A stretch of DNA of 64,000 nucleotides, from assembly GCA_963829055.1 (NCBI GenBank), contig CAWHHI010000020.1, positions 320,001-384,000 of the forward strand, in the 5' to 3' direction. The notes beneath the pieces were generated by a model. That model was not told the origin of the DNA. It saw nothing but the letters and a program-made list of their open reading frames with translations, and did not search any database. This stretch comes from an uncultured Gemmatimonadaceae bacterium (GTDB lineage Bacteria; Gemmatimonadota; Gemmatimonadetes; Gemmatimonadales; Gemmatimonadaceae). Both the position numbers and the translations under genes were made by a program. Positions 13,065 through 24,459 of this stretch are shown here, piece by piece. How positions within the stretch are numbered: the first letter of the stretch is position 1; each line of letters begins with the position of its first letter.

Positions 13065-13200
13065 CTACGGCGGATACCGCTGCAGGTACTGGAGATCATC
13101 CGCGTCCTTGCGCACGACGTAGATCGAGCGCGTTCCGAAGCCGACGATCCGCCAGTCGTTAGGCACGTCGACAGAGAACGCAGGCGCGCCTCGCGCGCGA
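13065..13200 (-). pseudogene. Orphan C-terminal fragment of a beta-propeller-type protein
   Basis: VDVPNDWRIVGFGTRSIYVVRKDADDLQYLQRYPP-stop; upstream sequence runs into a REP element. Confidence 0.5.
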
Positions 13201-13227
13201 CGCAGACGGACCCGGAAACCGGAATAC

Positions 13228-13380
13228 TGTCTCCCGAGGAGCGCCAGAGCCTGCCCTGAGGAGCGCAGCGACAAAGGGACCTTCTGTGATGCTCTTGTGG
13301 CCCGACTGGCTACGATAATGTCACGGAAGATCCCTCTGCCGCTGCGCTCGGGATGACAAACGCTGCCGCTCGGCATGACA
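13228..13380. repeat. REP-like element family B
   Basis: agggaccttctgtga ... gaagatccctc ... gctcgggatgaca, similar to 40117-40242. Confidence 0.75.
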
Positions 13381-13413
13381 CTTGTCGCGAGAGCGCCTAG
13401 AGATGAGGCATCA

Positions 13414-16095
13414 TCAATCCGAACGCATCGATGTAAGCGGATCGATGCGCGTCGCGCGGCGTGCCGGGATGTAACTCGCCAGCAGGGCGACGACCGTCAG
13501 GAGCAATGCGACCGCACCGTACGTCAGCGGGTCGGTGACACGAACCCCGTACACCACGTTCGTCATGAGCCGCGTCACCAGCAATGCGCCGATCAACCCC
13601 GCGACGACACCGGCCATCACCACGCGCATCCCCTGCCCGATGATGAGCCTAACGACGTTCCGCGGCGTGGCGCCGAGCGCCATCCGCACACCGATCTCGT
13701 GCGTGCGGCGTGATACGGCGTAGCTGATCACGCCGTAGATCCCCACCGCCGCGAGCACCAGCGCGACCGCCGCGAACGTCGCGAGCAGCACGAGCGTGAA
13801 CCGCGGCCGCGCATTCGCGCCCGACACCACATCGTCCATGGTCTGCACCGCCGTCACCGGGACCGCCCGGTCCAGCGATCCGATCACATCACGAACCGCC
13901 GGCGCGAGCGCGGCCGGGTTGCACCGGCTGCTCGTTGGGCACGACGCGCGCGCGACGAGCGTCATGTAGGCCACGTGCCCGCCGTCGCTCTCGAGATACT
14001 GTCGATCCTGCAGGTACGGCAGAAACACTTCCTCGCTGGCCGGAGACGCCCAGTCAGCCTGCACTCCATTCTTCACGACGCCCACGACTGTCATCCACTG
14101 CGGCTGGCCGGTGCCGGGATCGAGCGCGATCCGCTTCCCGATCGCGTCCTCGTTAGGCCAGTAGCGACGCGCGAGGAAGTCGTTGACCACCACCACCGCT
14201 GGCGCACCAAGCCGATCCGCCTCGGTGACGTCGCGCCCGCGCAGGATCGGCAGCCGCATGGTCTGGAAGTAGCCTGGAAACACGGCACGATAGGCGGCCC
14301 TCGGAACGTCCCCGGGCTGCGGCCGCGGACGTCCGTCCACGATGAACTGAAGCCCCCAGATGTCCCCAGCGATCGGCACGTGATTGATCAGGCTTGCGGA
14401 CTCCACGCCCGGCAACTGACGCACGCGCTCCAGCGCCGTCGTGTAGAACGTCAGCCGACTTCCCGGCGCCGCCTCCGCGGTTCCCTTGAGCGATATCTCC
14501 GCCGACAGCACGCCGTGTGGGTCGAACCCGGGATCGATCGCCCGCAGCGCGACGAAACTGCGAATCGCCAGGCCGGCGCCGGTGAGCAGCATGAGCGCAA
14601 GCGCGATCTCCGATCCCACGAGCACGCTACGCACTCGACCGCGCTTCCCGCTCTCGGTCGATCCTCGCGCGCCGTCCCGCAACGCCTCGGACATCTCGCT
14701 TCGAGACACTCGTAAGGCAGGGAGCAAGCCGAAACCCAGCCCCGTGAGCAGCGATACCACGACCGTGAACGCGAGCACCCACGGATCGAGCGAGATGCCC
14801 GCCGCGCGCGGGACGCTGTTGCCCGCGAGCGCGACGAGCGCCTGTAGCCCGCCGCGTGCGAGCATCACGCCGATGGCCCCACCGACAAACGCCAGCACCA
14901 CGCTCTCGGTCAGTAGCTGTCGCAGGAGACGTCCGCGACTCGCCCCGAGCGCGAGACGAACGGTCATCTCGCGATGCCGCGCCGTCGCGCGCGCCAGCAG
15001 CATGTGCGCGACGTTCGCACACGCGATGAGCAGCACGAACCCCACGGCACCGAGCAGCACCAGAAGTGCCGAGCGGACGTTGCCGACGACCATGGTGTCG
15101 AGCGGCGTGACGGTCACGTCGCGGTTCGTCCCGGGAAACGCCTTCTCGAGGTTCGCCGTGATAGTCGCCATCTGCGCCCGCGCCGCGCCGAGCGATGTGC
15201 CGGGCGCCAACCGCGCGAAGATGCGCAGGCTCTGTCCCTGTCGGCTGGACGCTCGCTCGCCTAACGCGAGCGGCGCCCACATCTGCACGCCGGTCGCCCA
15301 GAACATCGGGAAGTCGAAACCGCGCGGCATCACGCCGACGACCGTATAGGACGTCCCGTCGACGAGGAGCTGTTGGCCCAGGACGTCGCGCCGCCCGGCG
15401 AACCGCCGCTGCCAGTACCCCCACGACAACACGACCGGCAACTCTCCACTCGGCGCATCGTCTTCCGGCCGCAGCAGCCGTCCGATCAGCGGGCGAACGC
15501 CGGTCATCGCGAGGACATCCGAGGTGACCTGAAGACCCTGCACGCGCTCCGGCGCATCGCCGCTGACGTTGCCGCTCCAGTACTGCGCGGCACCCATCGT
15601 CGAGAACACCGTGTTCTGTCGCTTCCAGTCGAGGTAGTTGGCCGGCGCGACCGGATCCCGCGTGTCGTGCAGGACCGCGACGAGTGCGTCGGGGTCGGTG
15701 TACGGCAGCGGTCGTAACAGGACGCCATTGACGACACTGAAGATCGCCGTGGTTGCGCCGATCCCGAGCGCCAGCGCGATCACCGCGACAACGGTAAAGG
15801 CGGGCCGCCGGATCAGCGTGCGCACCGCGTACCGCACGTCGAGCAGTGTCGTCTCGAGCAGCGCACCCGAGCGAACCTCGCGCACGTCGTCCTTCACGCG
15901 CTCGAGCCGCCCGAGCTCCACGAGCGCGGCGCGACGCGCGTCCTCCGCGCTCATGCCGGCGCGCATCTTCTCCGCCGCGAGGAGATCGGTGTATGCGCGC
16001 AGTTCCTCGTCGAGATCGTGCTCGACGCCGGACTTCGAGAACAGATTGCGTCCGAGGCTCTTCGCCCGTGACGATAGTCGGCTGAGCGGTGACAT
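13414..16095 (-). CDS. ADOP-family duplicated ABC permease, intact (about 893 aa)
   Basis: DLDEELRAY, LALGIGATTAIFS, FVLLIACANVA, RTHEIGVRMALGA, IDPLTSMRSD. Confidence 0.95.
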   Translation of the reverse strand: MSPLSRLSSRAKSLGRNLFSKSGVEHDLDEELRAYTDLLAAEKMRAGMSAEDARRAALVELGRLERVKDDVREVRSGALLETTLLDVRYAVRTLIRRPAFTVVAVIALALGIGATTAIFSVVNGVLLRPLPYTDPDALVAVLHDTRDPVAPANYLDWKRQNTVFSTMGAAQYWSGNVSGDAPERVQGLQVTSDVLAMTGVRPLIGRLLRPEDDAPSGELPVVLSWGYWQRRFAGRRDVLGQQLLVDGTSYTVVGVMPRGFDFPMFWATGVQMWAPLALGERASSRQGQSLRIFARLAPGTSLGAARAQMATITANLEKAFPGTNRDVTVTPLDTMVVGNVRSALLVLLGAVGFVLLIACANVAHMLLARATARHREMTVRLALGASRGRLLRQLLTESVVLAFVGGAIGVMLARGGLQALVALAGNSVPRAAGISLDPWVLAFTVVVSLLTGLGFGLLPALRVSRSEMSEALRDGARGSTESGKRGRVRSVLVGSEIALALMLLTGAGLAIRSFVALRAIDPGFDPHGVLSAEISLKGTAEAAPGSRLTFYTTALERVRQLPGVESASLINHVPIAGDIWGLQFIVDGRPRPQPGDVPRAAYRAVFPGYFQTMRLPILRGRDVTEADRLGAPAVVVVNDFLARRYWPNEDAIGKRIALDPGTGQPQWMTVVGVVKNGVQADWASPASEEVFLPYLQDRQYLESDGGHVAYMTLVARASCPTSSRCNPAALAPAVRDVIGSLDRAVPVTAVQTMDDVVSGANARPRFTLVLLATFAAVALVLAAVGIYGVISYAVSRRTHEIGVRMALGATPRNVVRLIIGQGMRVVMAGVVAGLIGALLVTRLMTNVVYGVRVTDPLTYGAVALLLTVVALLASYIPARRATRIDPLTSMRSD

Positions 16096-16126
16096 CGCTC
16101 CGGCTCCGCGTGTGGTTGGTGTGTCG

Positions 16127-16459
16127 TTAGGTGGCCTGGAGCGCATACGCGATCGCGACCGCGATGCGCTTCCACTCGCCCGTCTCGGCGTCGAGCTGTC
16201 GCCGCCCGGCGGCCGTGAGGCGGTAGTACTTGGCGCGCCGGTTGTTCTCCGAGGTGCCCCACGAGGCACTCAGCCAGCCCGCTTCTTCCATCCGGTGCAA
16301 TGATGGGAAGAGCGATCCCGGTTTGACCTGGAACGTGCCGCGCGTGATCTGCTCGACCCGTCGGGCGACGCCGAGCCCATGCAGCTCACCGAGGGCGAGC
16401 GACTTGAGGATCAGCAGGTCGAGCGTGCCCTGGAGGAGGTTGGTGCGCGTGTCGGTCAT
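16127..16459 (-). CDS. PadR-family transcriptional regulator
   Basis: LLQGTLDLLILKSL..LHGLGV..PGSLFPSL..ENNRRAKYYRLT. Confidence 0.95.
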   Translation of the reverse strand: MTDTRTNLLQGTLDLLILKSLALGELHGLGVARRVEQITRGTFQVKPGSLFPSLHRMEEAGWLSASWGTSENNRRAKYYRLTAAGRRQLDAETGEWKRIAVAIAYALQAT

Positions 16460-16469
16460 CCGATGTTCC

Positions 16470-16519
16470 TATAGACATTCGATATAAAGCGATCGTGACT
16501 CCCCTATCGAATGTCTATA
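16470..16519. promoter_or_regulatory. Putative PadR operator (15-bp inverted repeat)
   Basis: TATAGACATTCGATA (16470-16484) and TATCGAATGTCTATA (16505-16519) just upstream of padR. Confidence 0.7.
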
Positions 16520-16557
16520 TGACACCGCGAGTCTGGCAAGCGTTGCGTGACCTGTGA

Positions 16558-17049
16558 TCTGGTCTCATCGCGCCGGGCCGGTGGGAACTACGATTGGGCG
16601 GATGAACTGCAAACGGCCGGACGTCATTCCGAGCGGAGGCCGCAGGCCGCAGTCGAGCGCATCGCGGTATCGCGAGGATCTCGACCGCGCCGCTCGCTCG
16701 AATACGCCGCATCGGCGGCCGGGGGAACTGCGATTTCGCGGATGAAACGGAAGAATCAGGATACTGCTCGGTAGATGTCCGGCTCCGCTCGCAACGAGCC
16801 GTGAATTCTTGGGAACGGCCGCTCGGGACGCACTGCGTGTCCCGAGCGGCCGTTCCCATTATTTCAGAGTCCGGCGAGAGCCAGCGTCGATGCAAAGCCG
16901 TATCCGGCCGTTTTCCGTGTCATCCGCGAAATCGTAGTTCCCACCGGCCCCGCGCAACGATGCCGGGAATGCAAAGCCGTATCCGGCCGTTTCGCAGTGC
17001 AGATCCGCCAGATCGCTGTTCCGACGGGCCCCGGCGCGATGAGACCAGA
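16558..17049. repeat. Large nested palindromic (MITE-like) element family C, copy 1
   Basis: Perfect 20-bp terminal IR TCTGGTCTCATCGCGCCGGG, inner arms 16717-16752/16913-16949, central 20-bp hairpin 16810-16858. Confidence 0.85.
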
Positions 17050-17098
17050 CTTGGCGTATCGTTCTCCACACAATCGTCTCACAGGAAATTCGACGCCC

Positions 17099-18091
17099 AT
17101 GGCGCCATCCCCAACACCGATCGTGCGCGTCGCGATCGCTCAAGACGAAGTCGCCGCCGACCTCGAGCGCGGTCTCGACCTCACCGACGCGCGCGCCGCC
17201 GACGCCGCACGCGCGGGCGCGGCGCTCGTCGTTTTCCCCGAGACGTGGCTGCCCGGCTACCCGGCGTGGCTCGACGTCTGCCGCGATGCCGGGCTCTGGG
17301 ATCACCCGCCCGTGAAGGCCGTCTTTCGTCGGATGGCCGAGCAGAGCGTCGTCGTCGACGGCGACTCGGGACAGGCCCTGGCGGCGATTGCTCGGCGTCA
17401 CCAGATCGCGATGACTATCGGCGTCGTCGAACGCGTCGAGCGCGGACCGGGCCGCGGCACGCTGTTCAACGCGCTGCTCACGTACGGACCCGACGGATCG
17501 CTGCTCAATCACCACCGCAAGCTCGTTCCCACCTACACCGAGCGACTGGTGTGGGGACCCGGCGACGCCGACGGCATTCGTGCCGTGGATGTTCCCGTGC
17601 ACAGCGGACACGCGCGCGTCGGTGGGCTCGTGTGCTGGGAACACTGGATGCCGCTCGCGCGGCAGGCGCTGCACAACGCTGGCGAAGACATCCACGTCGC
17701 CGCCTGGCCGACGGTGAAAGACATGCTGCAGATCGCGAGTCGGCACTACGCGTTCGAGGGACGATGCTTCGTGCTCGCCGCCGGATCGCTGATGCGCGCG
17801 TCCGCCCTGCCCCGCGAGCTGGAAGCGCACCCGGAGCTCGTGAAGGACGAACATCAGTTCGTGCTGCGCGGCGGGAGCGCGATCATCGGGCCTGATGGGC
17901 ACTACGTGAGCGAGCCGGTATTCGACCGCCCCGCGCTCCTGGTCGCCGACCTCGACCTCGGCCTAACGAGAGAAGAGTCGATGGCGCTCGACGTCGCCGG
18001 ACACTATAGCCGACCGGACGTGTTCGCGTTCGAGGTCAACCGCGGGCAGCGCCGGACGGAGCTGATCGCCGAGCTGACTCGGTCGCCCTGA
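17099..18091 (+). CDS. Nitrilase (carbon-nitrogen hydrolase)
   Basis: Catalytic triad motifs FPETWLPGYP, HRKLVPTYTER, VCWEHWMP; C-terminal LDVAGHYSRPD. Confidence 0.95.
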   Translation: MAPSPTPIVRVAIAQDEVAADLERGLDLTDARAADAARAGAALVVFPETWLPGYPAWLDVCRDAGLWDHPPVKAVFRRMAEQSVVVDGDSGQALAAIARRHQIAMTIGVVERVERGPGRGTLFNALLTYGPDGSLLNHHRKLVPTYTERLVWGPGDADGIRAVDVPVHSGHARVGGLVCWEHWMPLARQALHNAGEDIHVAAWPTVKDMLQIASRHYAFEGRCFVLAAGSLMRASALPRELEAHPELVKDEHQFVLRGGSAIIGPDGHYVSEPVFDRPALLVADLDLGLTREESMALDVAGHYSRPDVFAFEVNRGQRRTELIAELTRSP

Positions 18092-18201
18092 TCCCGCGCG
18101 CGCTCGTGACGAACGCGCTCCCGACGTAGGGACGAAGCGCAAGCGGCGAACCTTCGCGCGGTGCGGCATGTCCAAGCTCATGCCCGCACCCAGAGACGAC
18201 C

Positions 18202-20639
18202 ATGGACACCCTGATCAACGACGTCCGCTTCGCCGTTCGAAGCCTCCTTCGCTCACCGAGCTTCGCGCTCACGGCCGTTCTCGCGCTCGGCCTCGGAATC
18301 GGCTCCACCGCCGGCGTGTTCAGTCTCCTCGAGGGCGTGGTGCTCCGGCCACTGCCATTCCGCGAGCCCGAAAGGCTGGTGACGATCTGGGACACGAACC
18401 GCGAGAAGTCGCTGACTCACGAGCCGATCTCGCCGGTCACGTTCCACGACTATCGCGGACTGTCCGGCGTGTTTCAGGATGCCGCGGCGTGGTGGCGTCC
18501 GCAGCTCAACCTCGCGGACGAGACCGGCGACCCGATTCGCGTCTCCGCTGTGGAAGCGTCGGACAACCTGTTCCACGTGCTCGGTGTCCAGCCCGCGATC
18601 GGTCGCGGATTCACGATCCATCCCGGACCTGTTCGGCCCCGAGCACGAGGCGATCATCAGCCACCGGCTCTGGCAGACCCGATTCAGCGGCGATGCCGCC
18701 GTCATTGGCCGCGGCGATCCGGCTGAACGGCTTCACGTATACCGTCGTCGGGATCATGCCGCCGGGCTTCGGCTTCCCGGGCGAGACGGACCTCTGGCAG
18801 CAGTTGCAGTGGAATCTCCACAACCACAGTCGCGGCGCGCACTTCATGGAGTCCGTCGCGCGCCTGCGACCCGGCGTCACTCCCGAGCGCGCCAACAGCG
18901 AGCTCGCCGCGCTCGGCACTCGACTCGGCGACGAGTTCCGCGGGACGAACGCCGGGTGGACGCCGAAGGTCATCGAGCTCGACCGCGAGACCGCGGGCGT
19001 GTTCCGTCCAGGACTGTTCGCGCTGTTCGGCGCATCGGCGCTGCTGCTGCTCATCGCCTGCATCAACGTCGCGAACCTGCTGCTCGCGCGCGCGAGCGCG
19101 CGTCGGCGCGAGGTCGCGCTGCGCGCCGCCATTGGCGCGAGCCGAGGGCGGCTCGTTAGGCTCTTTCTCACGGAGAGCGTGGTGCTCGCGGTGGCCGGCG
19201 CCGTCGTCGGAGTCGCCGTCGCGGTGCTGAGCGTGAAGACGCTGCTGGCCGCGTCTCCCGTGCGCATCCCGCGCGCCGACGCGATCGGCATCGACGCACC
19301 CGTGCTCCTCTTCGCGACGCTCATCGCTGCATTGACAGCGCTCGCGTTCGGACTCGTACCGGCGTTCATCATGTCGCGCGCCGAGCTGCAGGATGCGCTC
19401 AAGGATGGCAGCAAGGGCAGTGGCGCTCAGGGTCGCACGATGCGGAGCGCGCTCGTGATCGCGGAGGTCGCGCTCGCCGTGATCCTGCTCTCCGGCGCGG
19501 GGCTGCTCGTGCGCAGCGTGTCGCGGATGCTTCGTGTGAGCACCGGCGTCGACCCGGCGTTCGTCATCACCGCCGACATGCAGCTGCCTGACGCGGCGTA
19601 TCCGCGAGTGGCCGCGCGTCGATCAGTTCTACGCGTCGCTCGTGCGCGGGATCGCCAATCGTCCGGGGATCGTCGCGGCCGGCACCACGACGTTCCTGCC
19701 GCTCGAACCTGGGTGGCGACTCCCGTACACCGCGGTCGGCGCCGCTCCGGTCCCCACCGGTGATGAACCGACTGGCGCAGGTCCATTCCGCGGACGGGGG
19801 CTACTTCGCGGCCATTCGCGCGCCCATCGTACGCGGGCGCACGTTCGATGCGCATGACGACGCGACGGCGAACCCGGTGGTGATCGTGAACGAGACGATC
19901 GCGAAGCGACTGTGGCCCGGCGTCGATCCCGATCGGCAAGCGTGTGAGCCTGACGATCCGTCAGATCGGTCCGCTCGCGCGCCGCGTCGTTGCCGGCGAC
20001 GAGCACGAAGTCGTCGGCGTCGTGCGAGACATTCGGAACACGTCCGTGCGCGACGAGCCTGAACCGGCGATGTACTTCGCGCCGGGCCAGTTCCCTGCTC
20101 GCAAGATGTATCTCGTCGTGCGCGGACGCGGCGACGTCGCGCAGCTCACCGCCATCATCCGGAAGAGGTTCGCCGGCTCGACCCGACGCTCCCGTTAGGC
20201 GACGTCCAGCCGATGAGCCGGGTGCTCGGCGCAGTCGCCGATCCGCCGCGGTTCGTGATGATGCTGATGACGGCGTTCGCCGTTCTCGCGCTCACGCTCG
20301 CGGCCCTCGGGATTTACGGCATGCTCAGCTACGCGGTGAGCCACCGCCGGCGCGAGTTCGGAATCCGCCTCGCCCTCGGCGCTCGGCCGTCGGGCGTGGT
20401 TGGGCTCATTCTGCGCGAGGGGCTCACCCTCGTGATCGCGGGCTGTGTCATCGGCGATTGCTGGCATGCTCGCGGCCGGCCGCTCGCTCTCCGGCTTCCT
20501 GTTCGAGGTGAAGCCCTGGGACCCGACGACGGTCGCTGGCGTTCTGGCGGTGGTGCTCGTCGTCGCGACACTCGCGTGTCTCATTCCGGGACGTCGGGCA
20601 TCCGCGGAAGACCCTGCCGGAGCGTTGCGCGCGGACTGA
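18202..20639 (+). CDS. ADOP-family ABC permease; frameshifted
   Basis: MDTLINDVRFAVRSL, LLLIACINVANLLL, RRREFGIRLALGA, EDPAGALRAD. Confidence 0.9.
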
Positions 20640-20709
20640 CACTCCAGGAATAGCTGTTGTCACGGCTGACTGGCAGCGGACAGATCGATTGGGAATCCAT
20701 AATATCGTG

Positions 20710-20738
20710 AACGGCCTCCTGGACTGCGGGGGCCGTTT
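20710..20738 (+). terminator. Putative intrinsic terminator
   Basis: aacggcctcc-loop-gggggccgttt downstream of the ADOP gene. Confidence 0.5.
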
Positions 20739-21063
20739 GCGTGCGTCCGCCCTCATGCCGACCGTGTTTTCGGGTCGCGCACGAACAACGCCGATAGCGG
20801 TTCCCACGTGTTTCCCGGGTCGCCATGTGGACAAGTAGGTCGCTCGGTTGGATATTCGAGTCGAGCCGCCGTCAAGAATGAAATGAGTGGGACGAGCCGT
20901 ACACAGCCATTCCCGTTGCCCCGGGCCTGCCGAACGGCCCCCGCTGTCTACCGGTTCACCTCGGAGCTATTCTTGACGCGCGCGCCTAACGCGCATTGTT
21001 CCGCAGGGTATTTCTGAGCGAGCCGCTGCTGGTTTCGCCCGCGAAAGCATTCGAGGCAAATAG

Positions 21064-21309
21064 ATGGCGCAGGAACCTGGTACGGCCGGCGGACTCGAAC
21101 CTCAAGAAGTTCCGCCGAGTCGAGGATCGGTTGTCGGATATGTCGATGGCGCGGGTGTGCCGTGGCGCGCATACGAGCGCCGGCGACCTGGCCAGCGACC
21201 GGCGCTCGTGTTCGAGTCAGCGCAAGCCATTCGACTCGTGCGCGACTTCCCGGAAAACTGGTTCACGCTGCCACGCGCCGCCCTGGAAGCGTTGAGCTGG
21301 AGCGTCTAG
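21064..21309 (+). CDS. Small hypothetical protein
   Basis: YVDGAGVPWRAYE...ALVFESAQAIRLVRDFPENWFTLPRAALEALSW; protein-like, resembles 24460..24792. Confidence 0.6.
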   Translation: MAQEPGTAGGLEPQEVPPSRGSVVGYVDGAGVPWRAYERRRPGQRPALVFESAQAIRLVRDFPENWFTLPRAALEALSWSV

Positions 21310-21469
21310 CCGCTGCGCGGACGGTCCAGCGGTGGGTGGTACACGACGAACCATCGGTTCGTCCCACGCCTCAAACTGCTTTCGAGGAATGGATGTCCAA
21401 GGGTCGGCTGGCGCGTCTGCGCCAGCCGACCTTCGTTTTTGGACCAGCTTCCTCGAGAGGACGCGGCAC

Positions 21470-23906
21470 GTGTCAAATTCTTCGATCGTCACCGAGCTGT
21501 CGGCCGCGGTGCGCGCGCTGCGACGAGCGCCGCTGGTTTCCGGTTCCGCAATCCTGTGCGTCGCCCTCGGCATCGGGGCAACCGCCGCGATCTCGAGCGC
21601 GATCAGTCGCGCACTGCTGCAGCCGCTGCCGTTCCGAAGTCCCGAGCGACTGGTCACCGTGTACCGCACGACGCCGCACTTCGACACCGGGCCGTTCTCG
21701 CCGGCGAACTACCTCGACCTGGCGCGCGAAACGCCGTCAGCTCGAAGCGCTCGCCGCCATCACGCCGACGACGAGCCTGTTGCAGCTGACCGACGAGGCG
21801 ACACAGGTCACCGTGAACCGCGTGACGGGCAACGTGTTCCCCATGCTCGGTCTGCGTGCGCTACGCGGGCGCTTGCTCAACGCCGCTGATGATCAGGCCA
21901 ATGCGCCACTCGCTCGCCGTGATCGGCGAGGAGCTGTGGCGGGAGCGTTTCGGCGGCGATCCCGCGCTCGTCGGGAAGCCAATTCGTCTCGACGGGCAGG
22001 CGTACACCGTCGTCGGGCATCGCGCCTCGCGAGTTCGGCATTCCGCACGGCTCGCAGGTGATTCGCTCGCAGGTGTGGGTCCCCATGCAGTTCTCGCCGA
22101 ACGAGCTGGCACAGCGCGGCAGCAACTACCTGTATGCGTTAGGCAGGCTGGCTCCCGGCGCGACCCTCCAGTCGGCCCACGCGGAGCTGGTCCGGCTGTT
22201 CGACGGCATCGTCGCCGCGAACCCGGAGTTGCGAGGCGAGCAGGTGCGCGCGCTCTCGCTCGTTGGTGAAGGCGTGCGGACGGTGCGCAAACCGCTGATG
22301 CTGCTGTTCGGCGCCGTGTGCATGGTGCTGCTCATCGCCGCCACGAACGTCGCCAGCCTGCTGCTCGCGCGATCCGTGCATCGGCGGCGTGAGCTCGCCA
22401 TCCGTTCGGCGTTAGGCGGCAACCGGCACCAGCTCATGCGACCGGTGCTGAGCGAGAGTCTCGTGATGACGGCTATCGGGCTGCTCCTCGGGCTGGGGTT
22501 GGCGTGGGGCGGCGTCCGCACCATCGGCTCGCTCGCCGCCGCTCGTCTCCCTCAGCTCGCGGGGCTCTCGGTGGACTGTCCGCGTGATCGCGTTCGCCAT
22601 CGCGCTCGCGGTGCTGGTGGCGCTCGTGTGCGGCGGCCTGCCGGCGTGGCGAAGTGCGGCCGTCGATCCGCAGGACGCGCTTCGCGACGGGCGCGGCGGC
22701 GGGACGAGCCGGGCTCACCATCGCGTGCTCGGGTCGCTCGTCGTGGCCGAAGTCGCGCTGTCGCTCATGCTGCTGATCGGCGCGGGGCTCGTCCTCAAAG
22801 GGTTCTCGCAGCTGCTCTCGAAAGACCCCGGGTTCGACCCGAACCCGATCCTCACGCTGCAGGCGACCGATCTCGCCCGACCGCTATCCCGACGGCAACA
22901 CCGTAGAGCGCTTCCTCGAGCCGGCGCTGCAGAAGATTCGCGAGATCCCCGGCGTCGACGCGGCGGCATCGATCTCCCTCATCCCGTACGTCAACTGGGG
23001 CTGGAACTTCAACATCCGCTACGAGGGGCAGCCGGGCACCGACCGGACGCGTCTCCCGATGACGGAGAATCGCGTTGCGACCCCCGAGTTCTTCCAGGTC
23101 ACGAAGCAGCGCCTCATCGCCGGCCGACTCCTCGGCCCCCAGGACGACGGGCGACCGGAATCGCCGGCGGTCGTGGTCGTGAATCAGGCGCTCGTGAAGC
23201 GCGATTTCCCCGGTGGCGATCCGATCGGCAAGCGCTTCTACACGGGCGACACCACGTTCGCGACGATTGTGGGCGTCGTCAGCGATATCAGGAATTTCGG
23301 ACCGATCGAGGACCCGCACGGCGAGGTGTATCGGCCGTTCCGCCAAGCGGGCCAGGGATCTTCGAGCTTCGCCATCATGGTTCGAACGCGCCGCGGCAAC
23401 CCCGCGGACCTCACCGCGGCGGTTCGCGCCGCCGTGCGATCCGTCGATCAGCAGGTCGCGATCACCGATGTGAAGACGATGCCTGAGGTCATGGCCCTCA
23501 GCACGGGAAGCGCGCGCTTCTACCTGATCCTGCTGGCGAGCCTTCGCGTGCGTGGCGCTCGTCCTGGCGGTGTCGGGCATCTATGGAGTGCTGAGCTACG
23601 CCGTGGCCCAGCGGACGCGCGAGTTCGGAATCCGCAGCGCCCTCGGCAGCACACCGGCGACAACGCTCGCGCTCGTCACGCGGGAAGGGCTACGCCTCAT
23701 CGGCATTGGAGTGGCGCTCGGCCTCGCCGGCAGCATGGCCGCGACTCGACTGCTCAGCGCCATGCTCTACGGCGTCAGCCCACTCGACCGAGCCACATGG
23801 GCCGCGACTACGGCCGCGCTCATGGTCGTCGGGCTGATTGGCCACGCTCCTACCCGCATTTCGGGCAACGCGCGCGGACCCGTTGCTCGCGATCAGGGCG
23901 GACTGA
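21470..23906 (+). CDS. ADOP-family ABC permease; frameshifted
   Basis: VALGIGATAAISS, VLLIAATNVASLLLAR, RTREFGIRSALG, ADPLLAIRAD. Confidence 0.9.
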
Positions 23907-24039
23907 TTCTGCGGATCGAGTCGATGACCTCTGGCGCCCATGGAAGAGTCTGTTAACATAGCGACTGTTGCCTATATCACAGATCGGGACGCTGTTTGCA
24001 TTGCATTTTTGGCGGCCAGCCACGATCCCAAGGTCTTCC

Positions 24040-24289
24040 AATGAACGATCTGAAAACTGAATACGACTCAACTGAACGCCTTGCACACGAACGCATAGCA
24101 CGCGAGATCGGCGTGGATGAATCAGTCGTCTCGAGCATCGCTGCGCGTCTCCGTCTCGTGCGAGGTGACCTGTCCGACTCGGGGTTCTTCTCCCTGGTCC
24201 GCGACGTGGTGAAAACGAAGATCAGCTTCGCCGAGCGGGATGCGAAGGAAGACCTGTCCGTGGTGAGAATCCGGCCACGAGCAGACTGA
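24040..24289 (+). CDS. Small hypothetical protein
   Basis: MNDLKTEY...IAARLRLVRGDLSDSGFFSLVRDVVKTKISF. Confidence 0.6.
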
Positions 24290-24303
24290 GTACTTTTGCT
24301 ACG

Positions 24304-24382
24304 ATTGGGGTCAGACTCGAGTCTGACCCCAATTACGTAGCAACAGAACGATGAGAATCGAGTCAGGCTCGAGCCTGACTCG
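24304..24382. repeat. Two perfect palindromes (REP-like)
   Basis: ATTGGGGTCAGACTCGAGTCTGACCCCAAT (24304-24333) and CGAGTCAGGCTCGAGCCTGACTCG (24359-24382). Confidence 0.85.
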
Positions 24383-24459
24383 TCGAGTCAAGTGCGTCTG
24401 CTCCCAGGATCAAGCGGACCGGTCCTTGCTCAACAGTAGAGCAACCTCACCGTGATCCC

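Noticed and set aside
419..23906. Many frameshifts read as mass pseudogenisation or programmed frameshifting
   Set aside because: Single-base indels hit unrelated genes, conserved motifs stay intact and I saw no recurring slippery site. This fits long-read consensus error best.
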